DNA of 64,000 nucleotides from assembly GCA_015058575.1 (NCBI GenBank), contig SVBZ01000040.1, forward strand, positions 8,314-72,313, written 5' to 3'. Position numbers and translations under genes: made by a program. Shown here in pieces: positions 9,897 through 19,508 of this stretch (positions are counted from its first letter, which is position 1; every line of letters begins with the position of its first letter). This DNA is from Selenomonas ruminantium (GTDB lineage: Bacteria; Bacillota; Negativicutes; Selenomonadales; Selenomonadaceae). Below the pieces are notes generated by a model. That model saw only the letters and a list, made by a program, of their open reading frames with translations. It ran no database searches and was not told where the DNA came from.

Positions 9897-11825
9897 ATGG
9901 CAGAGAATAAGGAAAATCAGCAGGGCCAGGAGCAGGATCTCAACGAGATGCTCAAGGTCCGCCGCGAGAAGATGGAAGCGTTCAAGGAAATCGGTGTAGC
10001 TCCGTTCGGCCATCGCTATGAGGTCACGGACTATGCTGCCGATATCAAGGCAAAGCACGATGGACTTGAAGGCGACGAAGAAGGGCCGGAGGTAACGATT
10101 GCTGGCCGTCTTATGGCTATCCGTGGCCATGGCAAGGCTTCGTTCTGCACGCTCAACGACCGCACGGGCAACATCCAGGTCTACTTCAAGGTCGACGTGC
10201 TCGGCGAGGAGAAGTACAAGCAGCAGTTCCGCAAGCTCGATATCGGCGATATCGTCGGTATCCGCGGCGTTGTCTTCAAGACGCATCGCGGCGAGGTCAC
10301 GGTACGTGTTGAAGATTTCGATCTGCTGAGCAAATCCCTGCGTCCGCTGCCGGAGAAATTCCATGGTCTGCAGGACGTCGATATCCGCTACCGCCAGCGC
10401 TATCTCGATCTCATCATGAACCAGGATGTCCGCGATACGTTCCGCAAGCGCACGCAGATTATCCGCGCAGTCCGCGAGTATCTCGATGCGCGTGACTATC
10501 TGGAAGTGGAGACGCCGGTCCTGTCGACGATTGCCGGCGGTGCAGCGGCGCGTCCGTTCATCACCCATCACAATACGCTCGGCATCGACCTCTATCTGCG
10601 CATCGCTACGGAGCTCAACCTCAAGCGCTTGATTGTCGGCGGCCTTGACCGCGTCTATGAGATTGGCCGTATCTTCCGCAACGAGGGCATGGACGTCCGC
10701 CATAATCCGGAGTTCACGTCGATTGAGTTCTATCAGGCTTTCGCTGACTACAAGGACATGATGGACCTTACCGAGGGTATTGTGGCCAATGCCGCAGAAA
10801 AAGTTCTCGGCACGACGGTCATCAACTACCAGGGGGTCGAAATCGATCTCTCGAAAGTAAAACGCATCAGCATGAACGAGGCCGTAAAAGAAGCTACGGG
10901 CAAGGACTTCATGGCTTGCGAGACGGTCGAAGAAGCCCGCAAGCTGGCTGATGAAATCGGTGTACCGTATGAGCAGCGTCATGGCATCGGCGGTATCCTC
11001 AATGCTGCGTTTGAGGAAAAGGTCGAGGAGACGCTCATGCAGCCGACGTTCATCACGGGCCATCCGACAGAGATTTCGCCGCTGGCCAAGCGCAACGCGG
11101 ACGATCCGCGCATCACGGACCGTTTCGAGTTCTTCATTTATGGCCGCGAACTTGCCAATGGCTTTACCGAGCTCAACGATCCTATCGACCAGAAGGGCCG
11201 CTTCGAGGATCAGCTCAAGCAGCGTGAAGCTGGCGACGATGAAGCCCATGGCATGGACGAGGATTTCGTCACGGCGCTCGAGTATGGCCTGCCGCCAACG
11301 GGCGGTGTCGGCATCGGCATCGATCGTCTCGTCATGCTGCTGACGGATGCGGCTTCGATCCGCGACGTCCTGCTGTTCCCGACGATGAAACCGCTCGGGA
11401 CGCCAGCGCCGCTGGCTGAGGCACCGGCAGCTGCTATGCCGGAGAAGATTGACTTCTCGAAGGTCGAGGTCGAACCGCTCTATGAGGACATGGTTGACTT
11501 CGATACGTTCTGCAAATGTGATTTCCGTGCCGTAAAGGTCAAGGACTGCGTGGCCGTCAAGAAGAGCAAGAAGCTTCTGCAGTTCACGCTCGATGATGGC
11601 ACGGGCACGGATCGCACGATCCTTTCGGGCATCCATGCCTTCTATGAGCCGGAGCAGCTTATCGGCAAGACGCTCATGGCCATCGTCAACCTGCCGCCGC
11701 GCGCAATGATGGGCATCGAGTCCTGCGGCATGCTGATTTCCGCCGTCCACAAAGAGGAAGGCGAAGAGAAACTGCACCTCCTGCAGCTCGACCCGCATAT
11801 CCCGGCTGGCGCCAAGATGTGCTGA
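9897..11825 (+). CDS. lysS: Class II lysyl-tRNA synthetase with a C-terminal tRNA-binding (MetG C-terminus-like) domain
   Basis: [50 protein letters not shown]; ~140 extra residues follow. Confidence 0.96.
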   Translation: MAENKENQQGQEQDLNEMLKVRREKMEAFKEIGVAPFGHRYEVTDYAADIKAKHDGLEGDEEGPEVTIAGRLMAIRGHGKASFCTLNDRTGNIQVYFKVDVLGEEKYKQQFRKLDIGDIVGIRGVVFKTHRGEVTVRVEDFDLLSKSLRPLPEKFHGLQDVDIRYRQRYLDLIMNQDVRDTFRKRTQIIRAVREYLDARDYLEVETPVLSTIAGGAAARPFITHHNTLGIDLYLRIATELNLKRLIVGGLDRVYEIGRIFRNEGMDVRHNPEFTSIEFYQAFADYKDMMDLTEGIVANAAEKVLGTTVINYQGVEIDLSKVKRISMNEAVKEATGKDFMACETVEEARKLADEIGVPYEQRHGIGGILNAAFEEKVEETLMQPTFITGHPTEISPLAKRNADDPRITDRFEFFIYGRELANGFTELNDPIDQKGRFEDQLKQREAGDDEAHGMDEDFVTALEYGLPPTGGVGIGIDRLVMLLTDAASIRDVLLFPTMKPLGTPAPLAEAPAAAMPEKIDFSKVEVEPLYEDMVDFDTFCKCDFRAVKVKDCVAVKKSKKLLQFTLDDGTGTDRTILSGIHAFYEPEQLIGKTLMAIVNLPPRAMMGIESCGMLISAVHKEEGEEKLHLLQLDPHIPAGAKMC

Positions 11826-11835
11826 CAAGTCAAAG

Positions 11836-11877
11836 TTGACATTTGACGGTTGACTTTTGACATTTGACAATTGACAG
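11836..11877. repeat. Six tandem 7-bp units TTGAC-NN
   Basis: TTGAC starts at 11836, 11843, 11850, 11857, 11864 and 11871. Confidence 0.95.
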
Positions 11878-11879
11878 AT

Positions 11880-11923
11880 AAATGACCGGTCAAATCTGAT
11901 GTATGATTTGACCGGTCATTTTT
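11880..11923 (+). terminator. Intrinsic terminator after lysS
   Basis: 17-bp arms AAATGACCGGTCAAATC / GATTTGACCGGTCATTT followed by Ts. Confidence 0.85.
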
Positions 11924-12105
11924 GTTAGGAAGGGCCAGGATGCGCGTCCAGCTTTATGGATAATACGCAGTTAGATGTTGACGAGTCAGCAGGAGAGGAC
12001 GTATAATAAATGTGACCGCAGTGGGTAGAGCTCGGCGGTTTATTTTTGTCTGAGCAAAATAGGATTCCTTCTGGTAAGGGAATGGAAAAGGAAAGGAGGA
12101 GTAAG

Positions 12106-12867
12106 ATGCGTATCATCTTTACCGAGGATTATGAGGCGATGAGCCGGGAGGCGGCTAAGATCGTTTCGGGGCAGTTGTACCTGAAGCCAGCGAGTGTCCT
12201 GGGGCTTGCTACTGGCAGTACGCCAGTGGGTCTCTATGAAATGCTCATTCAGGTTCATGAGACCATTGGCTTGGATTTTTCGTCGGTCACGACGTTCAAT
12301 CTGGATGAATATGTGGGTATGAGCCCTGATAATCCGCAGAGCTATCATTATTTCATGCAGGAGCATTTATTTTCGCGGGTCAACTTGAAGCCAGAGCGCT
12401 GTTTTGTGCCCGATGGCATGGCAGAAGATCTGCCGGAAGAGGGACGGCGCTATGATGAGCGGATTCGTCAGGCTGGCGGCATCGATTTGCAGGTCCTTGG
12501 CATTGGGCAGAATGCCCATATCGGTTTCAATGAGCCGGATATCAAGTTTGAGGCTATGACGCATAAGGTGCGCCTCGATGATGAGACCATCCGTGCCAAT
12601 TCGCGTTTTTTTGCTCGGGCCGAGGATGTGCCGCGCTATGCCATCAGTCTTGGCATCCGCAATATCATGCTGGCACGCCGTGTATTGCTGCTGGCCAATG
12701 GCGCCAAGAAGGCCGAGGCGGTCTATAAGGCTGTCTGTGGCAGTGTGACGCCGGAGGCTCCGGCATCCATCCTGCAGCTGCATCGCGACGTCACGGTTAT
12801 CGTCGATCGTGAGGCGGCTGCCCATCTGCCCGCGGAATGGAAACGTGAAGCAGTATATACCTTTTAA
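12106..12867 (+). CDS. nagB: Glucosamine-6-phosphate deaminase
   Basis: LGLATGSTP, TFNLDEY, GGIDLQVLGIGQNAHIGFNEP; SD AGGAGG before ATG 12106. Confidence 0.95.
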   Translation: MRIIFTEDYEAMSREAAKIVSGQLYLKPASVLGLATGSTPVGLYEMLIQVHETIGLDFSSVTTFNLDEYVGMSPDNPQSYHYFMQEHLFSRVNLKPERCFVPDGMAEDLPEEGRRYDERIRQAGGIDLQVLGIGQNAHIGFNEPDIKFEAMTHKVRLDDETIRANSRFFARAEDVPRYAISLGIRNIMLARRVLLLANGAKKAEAVYKAVCGSVTPEAPASILQLHRDVTVIVDREAAAHLPAEWKREAVYTF

Positions 12868-12880
12868 AGGGGGAATAATC

Positions 12881-14229
12881 ATGAATAGTATTTTGGAAAA
12901 ACTTCAAAGCATCGGTAAAGCGCTGATGCTGCCGGTTGCTGTACTGCCTGCAGCAGCTTTGCTTTTGCGTCTTGGAGCGCCGGACGTATTCAATATCCCG
13001 TTTATCACGAAGGCTGGCGGTGCGGTTTTCGACAACCTCGCACTTATTTTTGCTATCGGCATCGCCGTAGGCCTGGCACGTGAGAACAATGGCGCTGCCG
13101 GCCTGGCTGGCGGCATCGGCTATCTGGTGCTCACCTCGGGATTAAAGGCCATCGATGAGACGCTCAATATGAGCGTGCTGGCAGGTATTGTCAGCGGCAT
13201 CGAGGCCGGTGTCCTCTATAACCGCTTTTATGATATCAAGATGCCGGAGTTCCTGGGCTTTTTCGCGGGGCGGCGCTTCGTGCCGATTGTGACGGCTGTC
13301 GTTTCTATTGTATTAGCAGGCATCTTTGGGGTAATCTGGGGACCTTGCCAGACGTTTATCCATGGCATCGGCGAATGGATCATCAGTGCCGGTGTGGTCG
13401 GCACGTTCGTCTATGGTGTGCTGAACCGTTTGCTGATTCCGTTCGGCCTGCATCATATCCTCAACAGCTTTATCTGGTTCGTGTTCGGTGAGTATACGAC
13501 GCCGGCTGGTGTCGTCGCTACGGGCGATCTCAACCGCTTCTTTGCGGGCGATCCGCAGGCGGGCATGTTTATGGCTGGTTTCTTTGTCATGATGATGTTC
13601 GGTATGCCAGCTGTAGCGCTGGCCATGTATCGGGCTGCCAAGCCGGAGAAGCGTCCGGTCATCGCTGGTGCCTTGGCTTCGGTTGCGTTCACTTCGTTTT
13701 TGACGGGTATCACGGAGCCGATTGAGTTTATGTTTATGTTCCTGGCACCGGCGCTCTATGTCATTCATGCGATTCTCACGGGTCTGGCGCTTTCGGTTAC
13801 CTATAGTATGGGAGTCTTGCATGGCTTCGGTTTCTCGGGCGGTGCCATCGACTATGTACTTAACTGGGGGCTGGCGACGAATCCGGTTTACATCATCGGC
13901 ATTGGCCTGGTGTTCTTTGTGCTGTACTATGTGATTTTCAGCTGGAGTATCCGTCATTTTGACATTCCGACGAAGAGGCAAATGCGGCTGAGGATGCGGC
14001 TTATGTCGAGCAGCTGATTGGCAGCCTGGGCGGCAAGGAGAACCTGCTGGAGATTTCCTCCTGCATCACGCGTCTGCGCCTCAAGGTCGGCGATAGCAGC
14101 ATCGTCGATGCGGAGAATCTCAAGAAGCTTGGGGCCAAGGGCGTTGTCTGCAAGGGACAGGCTGTTCAGGTCATCCTGGGAACGCAGGCTGAGCGTGTCG
14201 CGGATGCGATGAAGAAAGCTTGCCGGTAA
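12881..14229 (+). pseudogene. nagE: N-acetylglucosamine-type PTS EIICB, frameshifted between the EIIC and EIIB domains
   Basis: EIIC motifs (LQSIGKALMLPVAVLPAA, SFLTGITEPIEF) run to ~13971; EIIB (LGGKENL..CITRLR..VQVILG) continues in another frame at 13972-14229. Confidence 0.8.
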
Positions 14230-14255
14230 AAGCCGGATACAGAAAGGATTTTAGC

Positions 14256-14732
14256 ATGTTTGGATTGTTTGGATTTGGAAAAAAAGAGAAGACCATTGCA
14301 TCACCGGTTTCTGGCCGTGTTTTCGATATCACGGAGGTCGATGATGCGGTATTTTCGCAGAAAATGATGGGCGATGGCTTTGCTGTCGAGCCGGCAGAGG
14401 GCGCGGATACGATAACGGCTCCCTGTGATGGCACGATAAAGCTGCTGGCGGATACGCTGCATGCCGTGGCCATTGAGTCCGATGGACTTGAGGTGCTCAT
14501 CCATGTGGGTATCGATACCGTAGAGCTGGGCGGACAAGGGTTTACGGCCCTTATCGAGCAGGGCGCGAAAGTCAGCCGCGGCGATGCGCTGATCCGTTTT
14601 GATGCTGCGGCCATCAAGCAGGCTGGCAAGCCGCTTACGACCGTAGTAGCGCTAACGAATGGCGCGGAAAAGGCAAAGCGTATCGATAAACATTTGGATG
14701 AGACGGAGCGGGTTCTTACCGTTAAGCTCTAA
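14256..14732 (+). CDS. PTS glucose-family EIIA component
   Basis: DAVFSQKMMGDGFAVEP, EVLIHVGIDTVEL. Confidence 0.92.
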   Translation: MFGLFGFGKKEKTIASPVSGRVFDITEVDDAVFSQKMMGDGFAVEPAEGADTITAPCDGTIKLLADTLHAVAIESDGLEVLIHVGIDTVELGGQGFTALIEQGAKVSRGDALIRFDAAAIKQAGKPLTTVVALTNGAEKAKRIDKHLDETERVLTVKL

Positions 14733-14751
14733 AAAAATCGATGCTGCGAAT

Positions 14752-14796
14752 AAAAAACACCGAATGAGGAAGAGGATTCCTCGTTCGGTGTTTTTT
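14752..14796. terminator. Bidirectional intrinsic terminator between EIIA and thiT
   Basis: AAAAAACACCGAATGAGGAA...TTCCTCGTTCGGTGTTTTTT between convergent genes. Confidence 0.85.
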
Positions 14797-14808
14797 CATG
14801 AAAGGTGT

Positions 14809-15342
14809 TCAGGGGTGGTGGGCAGCATGCAAAGCCGTGGACAGACGGTGGAGCGGGAGCAGCTTCAGGATCAGGCAGCAGATGATGAAATCGGGGACGA
14901 GTGTCGTGGCATTATAGGTTGCTGAATAGAGGAAGGGCGACATGCCTTCGGGGGCATAGGCGGCAAAGAATATGACGCCGGACAGGAAATGGCAGAGAAA
15001 TTTGAGCGTGAAGGCGGCCGTGACGCCAAGGTAGAGGTGCTGGCGGAACAGCGCGGCGATGGACATGACCATGTAGGGCAGCGGATAGTCGAGCAAGACC
15101 TGCACGGGATGATAGATGAAAGGATTGAGCATAAGGCCGATCATGCCGCAAATGAATCCTGCCAGCAGTGTGATGGTGACGCCATGGGCGCGGGCCAGCA
15201 GGATCAGCGGCACCATGGTGCCCAGGCTGATTTCACCGCCCTGCGGCAGCTGGAACAGATGGAATTGGGCGAGTACGATCGTGATGGCTGCCATCATGGC
15301 CGCTTGTATGAGGATATGCGTGGAAAATTTCTCATGATTCAT
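14809..15342 (-). CDS. thiT: ECF-type thiamine transporter S component
   Basis: LPQGGEISL, HPVQVLLDYPL, HFLSGVIFFAAYAPEG. Confidence 0.85.
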   Translation of the reverse strand: MNHEKFSTHILIQAAMMAAITIVLAQFHLFQLPQGGEISLGTMVPLILLARAHGVTITLLAGFICGMIGLMLNPFIYHPVQVLLDYPLPYMVMSIAALFRQHLYLGVTAAFTLKFLCHFLSGVIFFAAYAPEGMSPFLYSATYNATTLVPDFIICCLILKLLPLHRLSTALHAAHHP

Positions 15343-15517
15343 ATAAGGTCACTCCTTAGGAACAATATCTTTTATTATAGCGCAAAAAGTGAAGCACTCA
15401 CAATGTTTTTGGGCAGAATATGCTGGCAGTTATCAGACATTGAGGTTTTTAGCGTAATTTGGTATGATAGATACGTATTGTTATAAGAAAAATCCGAATG
15501 ATGCAGGAGGCTTGGCG

Positions 15518-16096
15518 ATGGATTATATAGGGCTGGATGATGAGGCTTTTATCCGCAGGAATGTGCCGATGACGAAACAGGAGATACGTATCCTCAGTTT
15601 AGTCAAGGCTCGGATCAAGCCGGATGCAGTCGTTTATGACATCGGTGCCGGCACGGGCTCGCTGTCCATCGAGGCGGCCCGTATGGCACCGCAGGGGACG
15701 GTGTATGCCCTGGAGCGCAATCCCGAGGGCGTAAGCCTCATCCGTGCCAATGCGGCGAATTTTGCCGTGGGCAATCTCAAGGTCATAGAGGCGGAGGCAC
15801 CGGCTGGCATGGAGAACCTGCCAGCTGTGGACACGGTGTTCATAGGTGGCAGCGGCAGCCATCTGGCGGATATCCTCGCCGTGGTGACGCCAAAGCTCAA
15901 GGCAGATGGCCGTATCGTGCTCAACTGCATCACGGTGCAGACGCTCATGCAGTGTATCGGGTATATGCGCGATCATGCGGATATCTATGGGTATGAGGCG
16001 ATACAGGTGCAGATCAATCGTTTGCAGCAGGTGGGCCCTTACGATATGGCGAAGGCACTGAATCCCATCTACATCGTGACCTGCTGGAAGAAATAA
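15518..16096 (+). CDS. cbiT: Cobalt-precorrin-6B C15-methyltransferase (decarboxylating)
   Basis: PMTKQEIR, DIGAGTGSLSIE, VFIGGSG; SD GGAGG before ATG 15518. Confidence 0.9.
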   Translation: MDYIGLDDEAFIRRNVPMTKQEIRILSLVKARIKPDAVVYDIGAGTGSLSIEAARMAPQGTVYALERNPEGVSLIRANAANFAVGNLKVIEAEAPAGMENLPAVDTVFIGGSGSHLADILAVVTPKLKADGRIVLNCITVQTLMQCIGYMRDHADIYGYEAIQVQINRLQQVGPYDMAKALNPIYIVTCWKK

Positions 16097-16132
16097 CAAC
16101 AATCAGATACTTGACGGAAGAAGGAATTGGAT

Positions 16133-16888
16133 ATGGTACATATCGTTGGAGCGGGTCCTGGCGATCCGGAGCTTATTACGGTCAAAGGCCAGCGTTATCT
16201 GCGCGAGGCGGATGTGGTCATTTATGCTGGTTCGCTGGTCAATCCGGCTTTGCTGGAGCTTTGCAAGCAGGAGGCCGAAATCCATAATTCGGCTTCGATG
16301 ACGCTCGCTGAGGTCGTAGCGGTCATCGAGGCTGCAGAGCAGAAGGGGCAGATGACGGTGCGCCTGCATACGGGCGATCCCTCGGTTTACGGTGCCATTC
16401 AGGAGCAGATGGATGCCTTTTCGAAAAAGGGCATTGCTTATGACATCATTCCCGGCGTCAGCAGCTGCTTTGCGACGGCAGCCGCCCTCAAGCAGGAGTA
16501 TACGCTGCCGGGCATCTCGCAGACGGTCATCATCACGCGCAATGAGGGGCGTACGCCGGTACCTGAGGCTGAGAAACTCAGAAGCCTGGCCAAGCATCAA
16601 GCGACAATGTGTATCTATCTTTCGATTACGATGCTCGACAAGGTGGTAGCGGAGCTTATCGCTGGCGGCTATGCGCCGGATACGCCGATTGCGATTGTTC
16701 AGCGGGCTTCGTGGCCGGAAGAGAAGATCGTGCGGGGGACGCTTGCGACAATCGTCAAGGATATCGAGGGCAGGAATATCGACCGTACGGCTATGATCGT
16801 CGTCAGCCGCTGCCTCGGCGCAAATTATGAGCTTTCGCGTCTTTATGCGCCGGAGTTTTCGCATATGTTCCGTGAGGCCAGTAAATGA
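16133..16888 (+). CDS. cbiF: Cobalt-precorrin-4 C11-methyltransferase
   Basis: VGAGPGDPELITVKG, RLHTGDPSVYGAIQEQ. Confidence 0.94.
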   Translation: MVHIVGAGPGDPELITVKGQRYLREADVVIYAGSLVNPALLELCKQEAEIHNSASMTLAEVVAVIEAAEQKGQMTVRLHTGDPSVYGAIQEQMDAFSKKGIAYDIIPGVSSCFATAAALKQEYTLPGISQTVIITRNEGRTPVPEAEKLRSLAKHQATMCIYLSITMLDKVVAELIAGGYAPDTPIAIVQRASWPEEKIVRGTLATIVKDIEGRNIDRTAMIVVSRCLGANYELSRLYAPEFSHMFREASK

Positions 16889-18000
16889 GATTAGCTGCTT
16901 TTGCCTTGACAGCCAAGGCGTATGAATTAGCCAAAACATTTAAACGCAGTCTGGATAATCCGATGACTGTCTATGTGTCGGCCAAGGTGGTTCCAAAAAT
17001 GGCGGATGAAGATATGCCAGAGGGAATCAAGACCTTTGCCAAACTCGATGCGATCGTGAGGGAGGCATTTATCGCCTATGATGGACTGGTGTTCATCATG
17101 GCGACGGGAATCGTCGTGCGGACGATTGCCCCATTGCTTCAGGATAAGCTCCAGGACCCTGCCGTAGTCGTTTTTGATGAACGCGGGCAGCATGGCATCA
17201 GTCTGCTTTCGGGACATATCGGCGGTGCCAATGTGCTGACCCAGCAGCTTTGCCAGGCTGTGGGAGCATCGCCGGTCATCACGACGGCGACGGATGTCAA
17301 TCAGTGCCAGGCACCGGATGCCTTGGCGGCTAAACTGTGTCTGCGCCCCTGGCCGAAAGTGCGCATCCGCACGCTCAATTCGGCTGTGCTTGAGGGCCGG
17401 AAGGTATGCTGGCGGATTGACAAGACTTTGCCGCATAGTGTGTTCTATAAAAGACAGTTGGAGCAGGCTGGTCAGACTGCTGAGCTTTGTGTGACCAGTC
17501 AATGTCTGCAGTTCAGTGACGGTGAACAGGAGAAACCGTGGGCGGTTATCTTGTCGGAACAGAATCTGCCTGCCCTGCCGGAATTGCCGGCAAATGTCCT
17601 CTGCCTGACACCGCGCCGGCTCATTGCCGGGGTGGGCTGCCGCCGTGGAACACCGGCAGCACTGGTCATGGGGGCTTTGGATATGGCCTGCCGCATGATT
17701 GGCCGGGATCGCTCGTTCATTGATGTCCTGGCAAGCTCGGTCGTGAAGCATCATGAGGCGGGAATCCTGTTTGCGGCCGACAGTCTGGCACGGCCGGTGC
17801 ATTTTTATGATCATGAGCAATTGCAGGCGATGATTGCGCGGTATCAGCTGGAAGTGTCGGATTTCGTGCAGGAAAATATCGGCATCGGCAATGTCTGCGA
17901 GGCAGCAGCTTATTGCTGCGCCGGTGAGTCTGGCGGGCGGCTGGCGCTGCGCAAGACGAAATTCGAGAAAGTGACGGTAGCATTAGTATGGGAAAAATAA
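16885..18000 (+). CDS. cbiG: Cobalt-precorrin-5A hydrolase
   Basis: MATGIVVRTIAP, DPAVVV, LLSGHIGGAN, GVGCRRG, VCEAAA. Confidence 0.92.
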   Translation: MRLAAFALTAKAYELAKTFKRSLDNPMTVYVSAKVVPKMADEDMPEGIKTFAKLDAIVREAFIAYDGLVFIMATGIVVRTIAPLLQDKLQDPAVVVFDERGQHGISLLSGHIGGANVLTQQLCQAVGASPVITTATDVNQCQAPDALAAKLCLRPWPKVRIRTLNSAVLEGRKVCWRIDKTLPHSVFYKRQLEQAGQTAELCVTSQCLQFSDGEQEKPWAVILSEQNLPALPELPANVLCLTPRRLIAGVGCRRGTPAALVMGALDMACRMIGRDRSFIDVLASSVVKHHEAGILFAADSLARPVHFYDHEQLQAMIARYQLEVSDFVQENIGIGNVCEAAAYCCAGESGGRLALRKTKFEKVTVALVWEK

Positions 18001-18743
18001 CAGTAATCGGTATTGGCCCGGGCAGTCTCGAGGATATGACGCCACGGGCGCGCAAGGCTATTGAGGCCGCTGAGGTCGTAGCCGGATACAACACGTATAT
18101 CAAGCTTATCGAGCCTTTGCTGGCCGGTAAGACGGTAATTGGCACGGCGATGATGCAGGAGATCGAGCGCTGCCGCCTGGCTGTGGATGAAGCGGCAGCC
18201 GGCCGTGATACCGTAGTCGTATCCAGTGGCGATGCAGGCGTCTATGGCATGGCGGGGCTGGTGCTCGAGCTCATTTTACAGCGTGCGGAGGGCCAGCGTC
18301 CGGTATTTGGCGGTATTCTTGCGGGAGTTTCGGCAGTCAACGCGGCAGCATCGGTGCTCGGCGCACCCTTGATGCACGATTTTGCCGTCATCAGCCTGTC
18401 GAATCTGCTGACGCCGTGGGAGCTCATCCGCAAGCGCGTCGAGATGGCAGCACGGGGCGACTTTGTCACAGCCCTCTATAATCCGAAGAGCAAGAAGCGC
18501 GTGCAGAACATCGAAGAAGTCCGTGAAATCATGTTGAAGCATCGCGATCCGCAGACGCCGGTCGGCATCGTCACGGCAGCCAGCCGCGACAAGGAAACGA
18601 AGGTCATTTCGACTTTGGCTGATTTTACCAAAGAGGATATCAATATGTTCTCGCTGGTCATCATCGGCAACAGCCAGACGTATGTCAAAGAGGGCTGGAT
18701 GATCACGCCGCGCGGCTATGAGAATAAGGAGAACGGTTTATGA
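17988..18743 (+). CDS. cbiH: Cobalt-precorrin-3B C17-methyltransferase
   Basis: GIGPG, SSGDAGVYGMAG, HDFAVISLSNLLTPWE, MITPRGY. Confidence 0.93.
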   Translation: MGKITVIGIGPGSLEDMTPRARKAIEAAEVVAGYNTYIKLIEPLLAGKTVIGTAMMQEIERCRLAVDEAAAGRDTVVVSSGDAGVYGMAGLVLELILQRAEGQRPVFGGILAGVSAVNAAASVLGAPLMHDFAVISLSNLLTPWELIRKRVEMAARGDFVTALYNPKSKKRVQNIEEVREIMLKHRDPQTPVGIVTAASRDKETKVISTLADFTKEDINMFSLVIIGNSQTYVKEGWMITPRGYENKENGL

Positions 18744-19507
18744 TTTTTGTTGCCGCTGGTACGCAGGATGGCCGGGAGCTGTCAAAGTATCTGTTGGAAC
18801 ATGGCTATGATGTAGCGGCCTCTGTGGTCAGCAGCTATGGTGAGCAGCTGCTGGCTGACTGCCGGGGGCGCAATCTCATCATCAACGATCAGCCGCTGGA
18901 CCGGGAAGGGATGCAGGAATATCTGGCCGCGCATCATATACGGCTGCTGGTCGATGCCAGCCATCCCTATGCCGTCAATATTTCGGCCAATGCGATGGAA
19001 GCCTGCCAGCTGCTGGGGATTCCCTATGTGCGGTATGAGCGTGACCTTACGGCTGTAGACTACGATCAGGTCACGATTGTGCACAGCTATGAGGAGGCGG
19101 CGGTGGCAGCCGGCAGGCTCGGCCGCCGCGTATTCCTGACGACGGGCAGCCGCAATCTCGTGAAATTCACGACGGCTGAGGCACTGGCAAAATGCGAGCT
19201 GATTGCGCGCGTGCTGCCGTCGGCAGAGGTCATCAGCCTTTGTGAAAGCCTGGGGCTTACGCCGGGGCAGATCGTTGCTATGCAGGGACCGTTCTCGAAG
19301 CAGCTCAACAAGGAGCTTTTCCGGAAGTACCGTGCCGATGTCATCGTGACGAAGAACAGCGGGACCATCGGCGGTACCGATACGAAATTTGCTGCTGCTG
19401 AGGAACTGGATCTGCCAGTGGTCGTCATTGACCGGCCAGCTATGGCGTATGGCAATATCGGCAGGACCTATGAAGATATCTTGAGATTCGTAGAGGAGCA
19501 TTATTGA
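18740..19507 (+). CDS. cbiJ: Cobalt-precorrin-6A reductase
   Basis: GTQDGR, DASHPYA, AMQGPFS, VTKNSG. Confidence 0.92.
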   Translation: MIFVAAGTQDGRELSKYLLEHGYDVAASVVSSYGEQLLADCRGRNLIINDQPLDREGMQEYLAAHHIRLLVDASHPYAVNISANAMEACQLLGIPYVRYERDLTAVDYDQVTIVHSYEEAAVAAGRLGRRVFLTTGSRNLVKFTTAEALAKCELIARVLPSAEVISLCESLGLTPGQIVAMQGPFSKQLNKELFRKYRADVIVTKNSGTIGGTDTKFAAAEELDLPVVVIDRPAMAYGNIGRTYEDILRFVEEHY

Positions 19508-19508
19508 G

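Noticed and set aside
11836-11877. Repeat array considered as CRISPR or as stacked promoters
   Set aside because: Units are 7 bp with no spacers and no cas genes; no -10 lies at proper distance from any TTGACA
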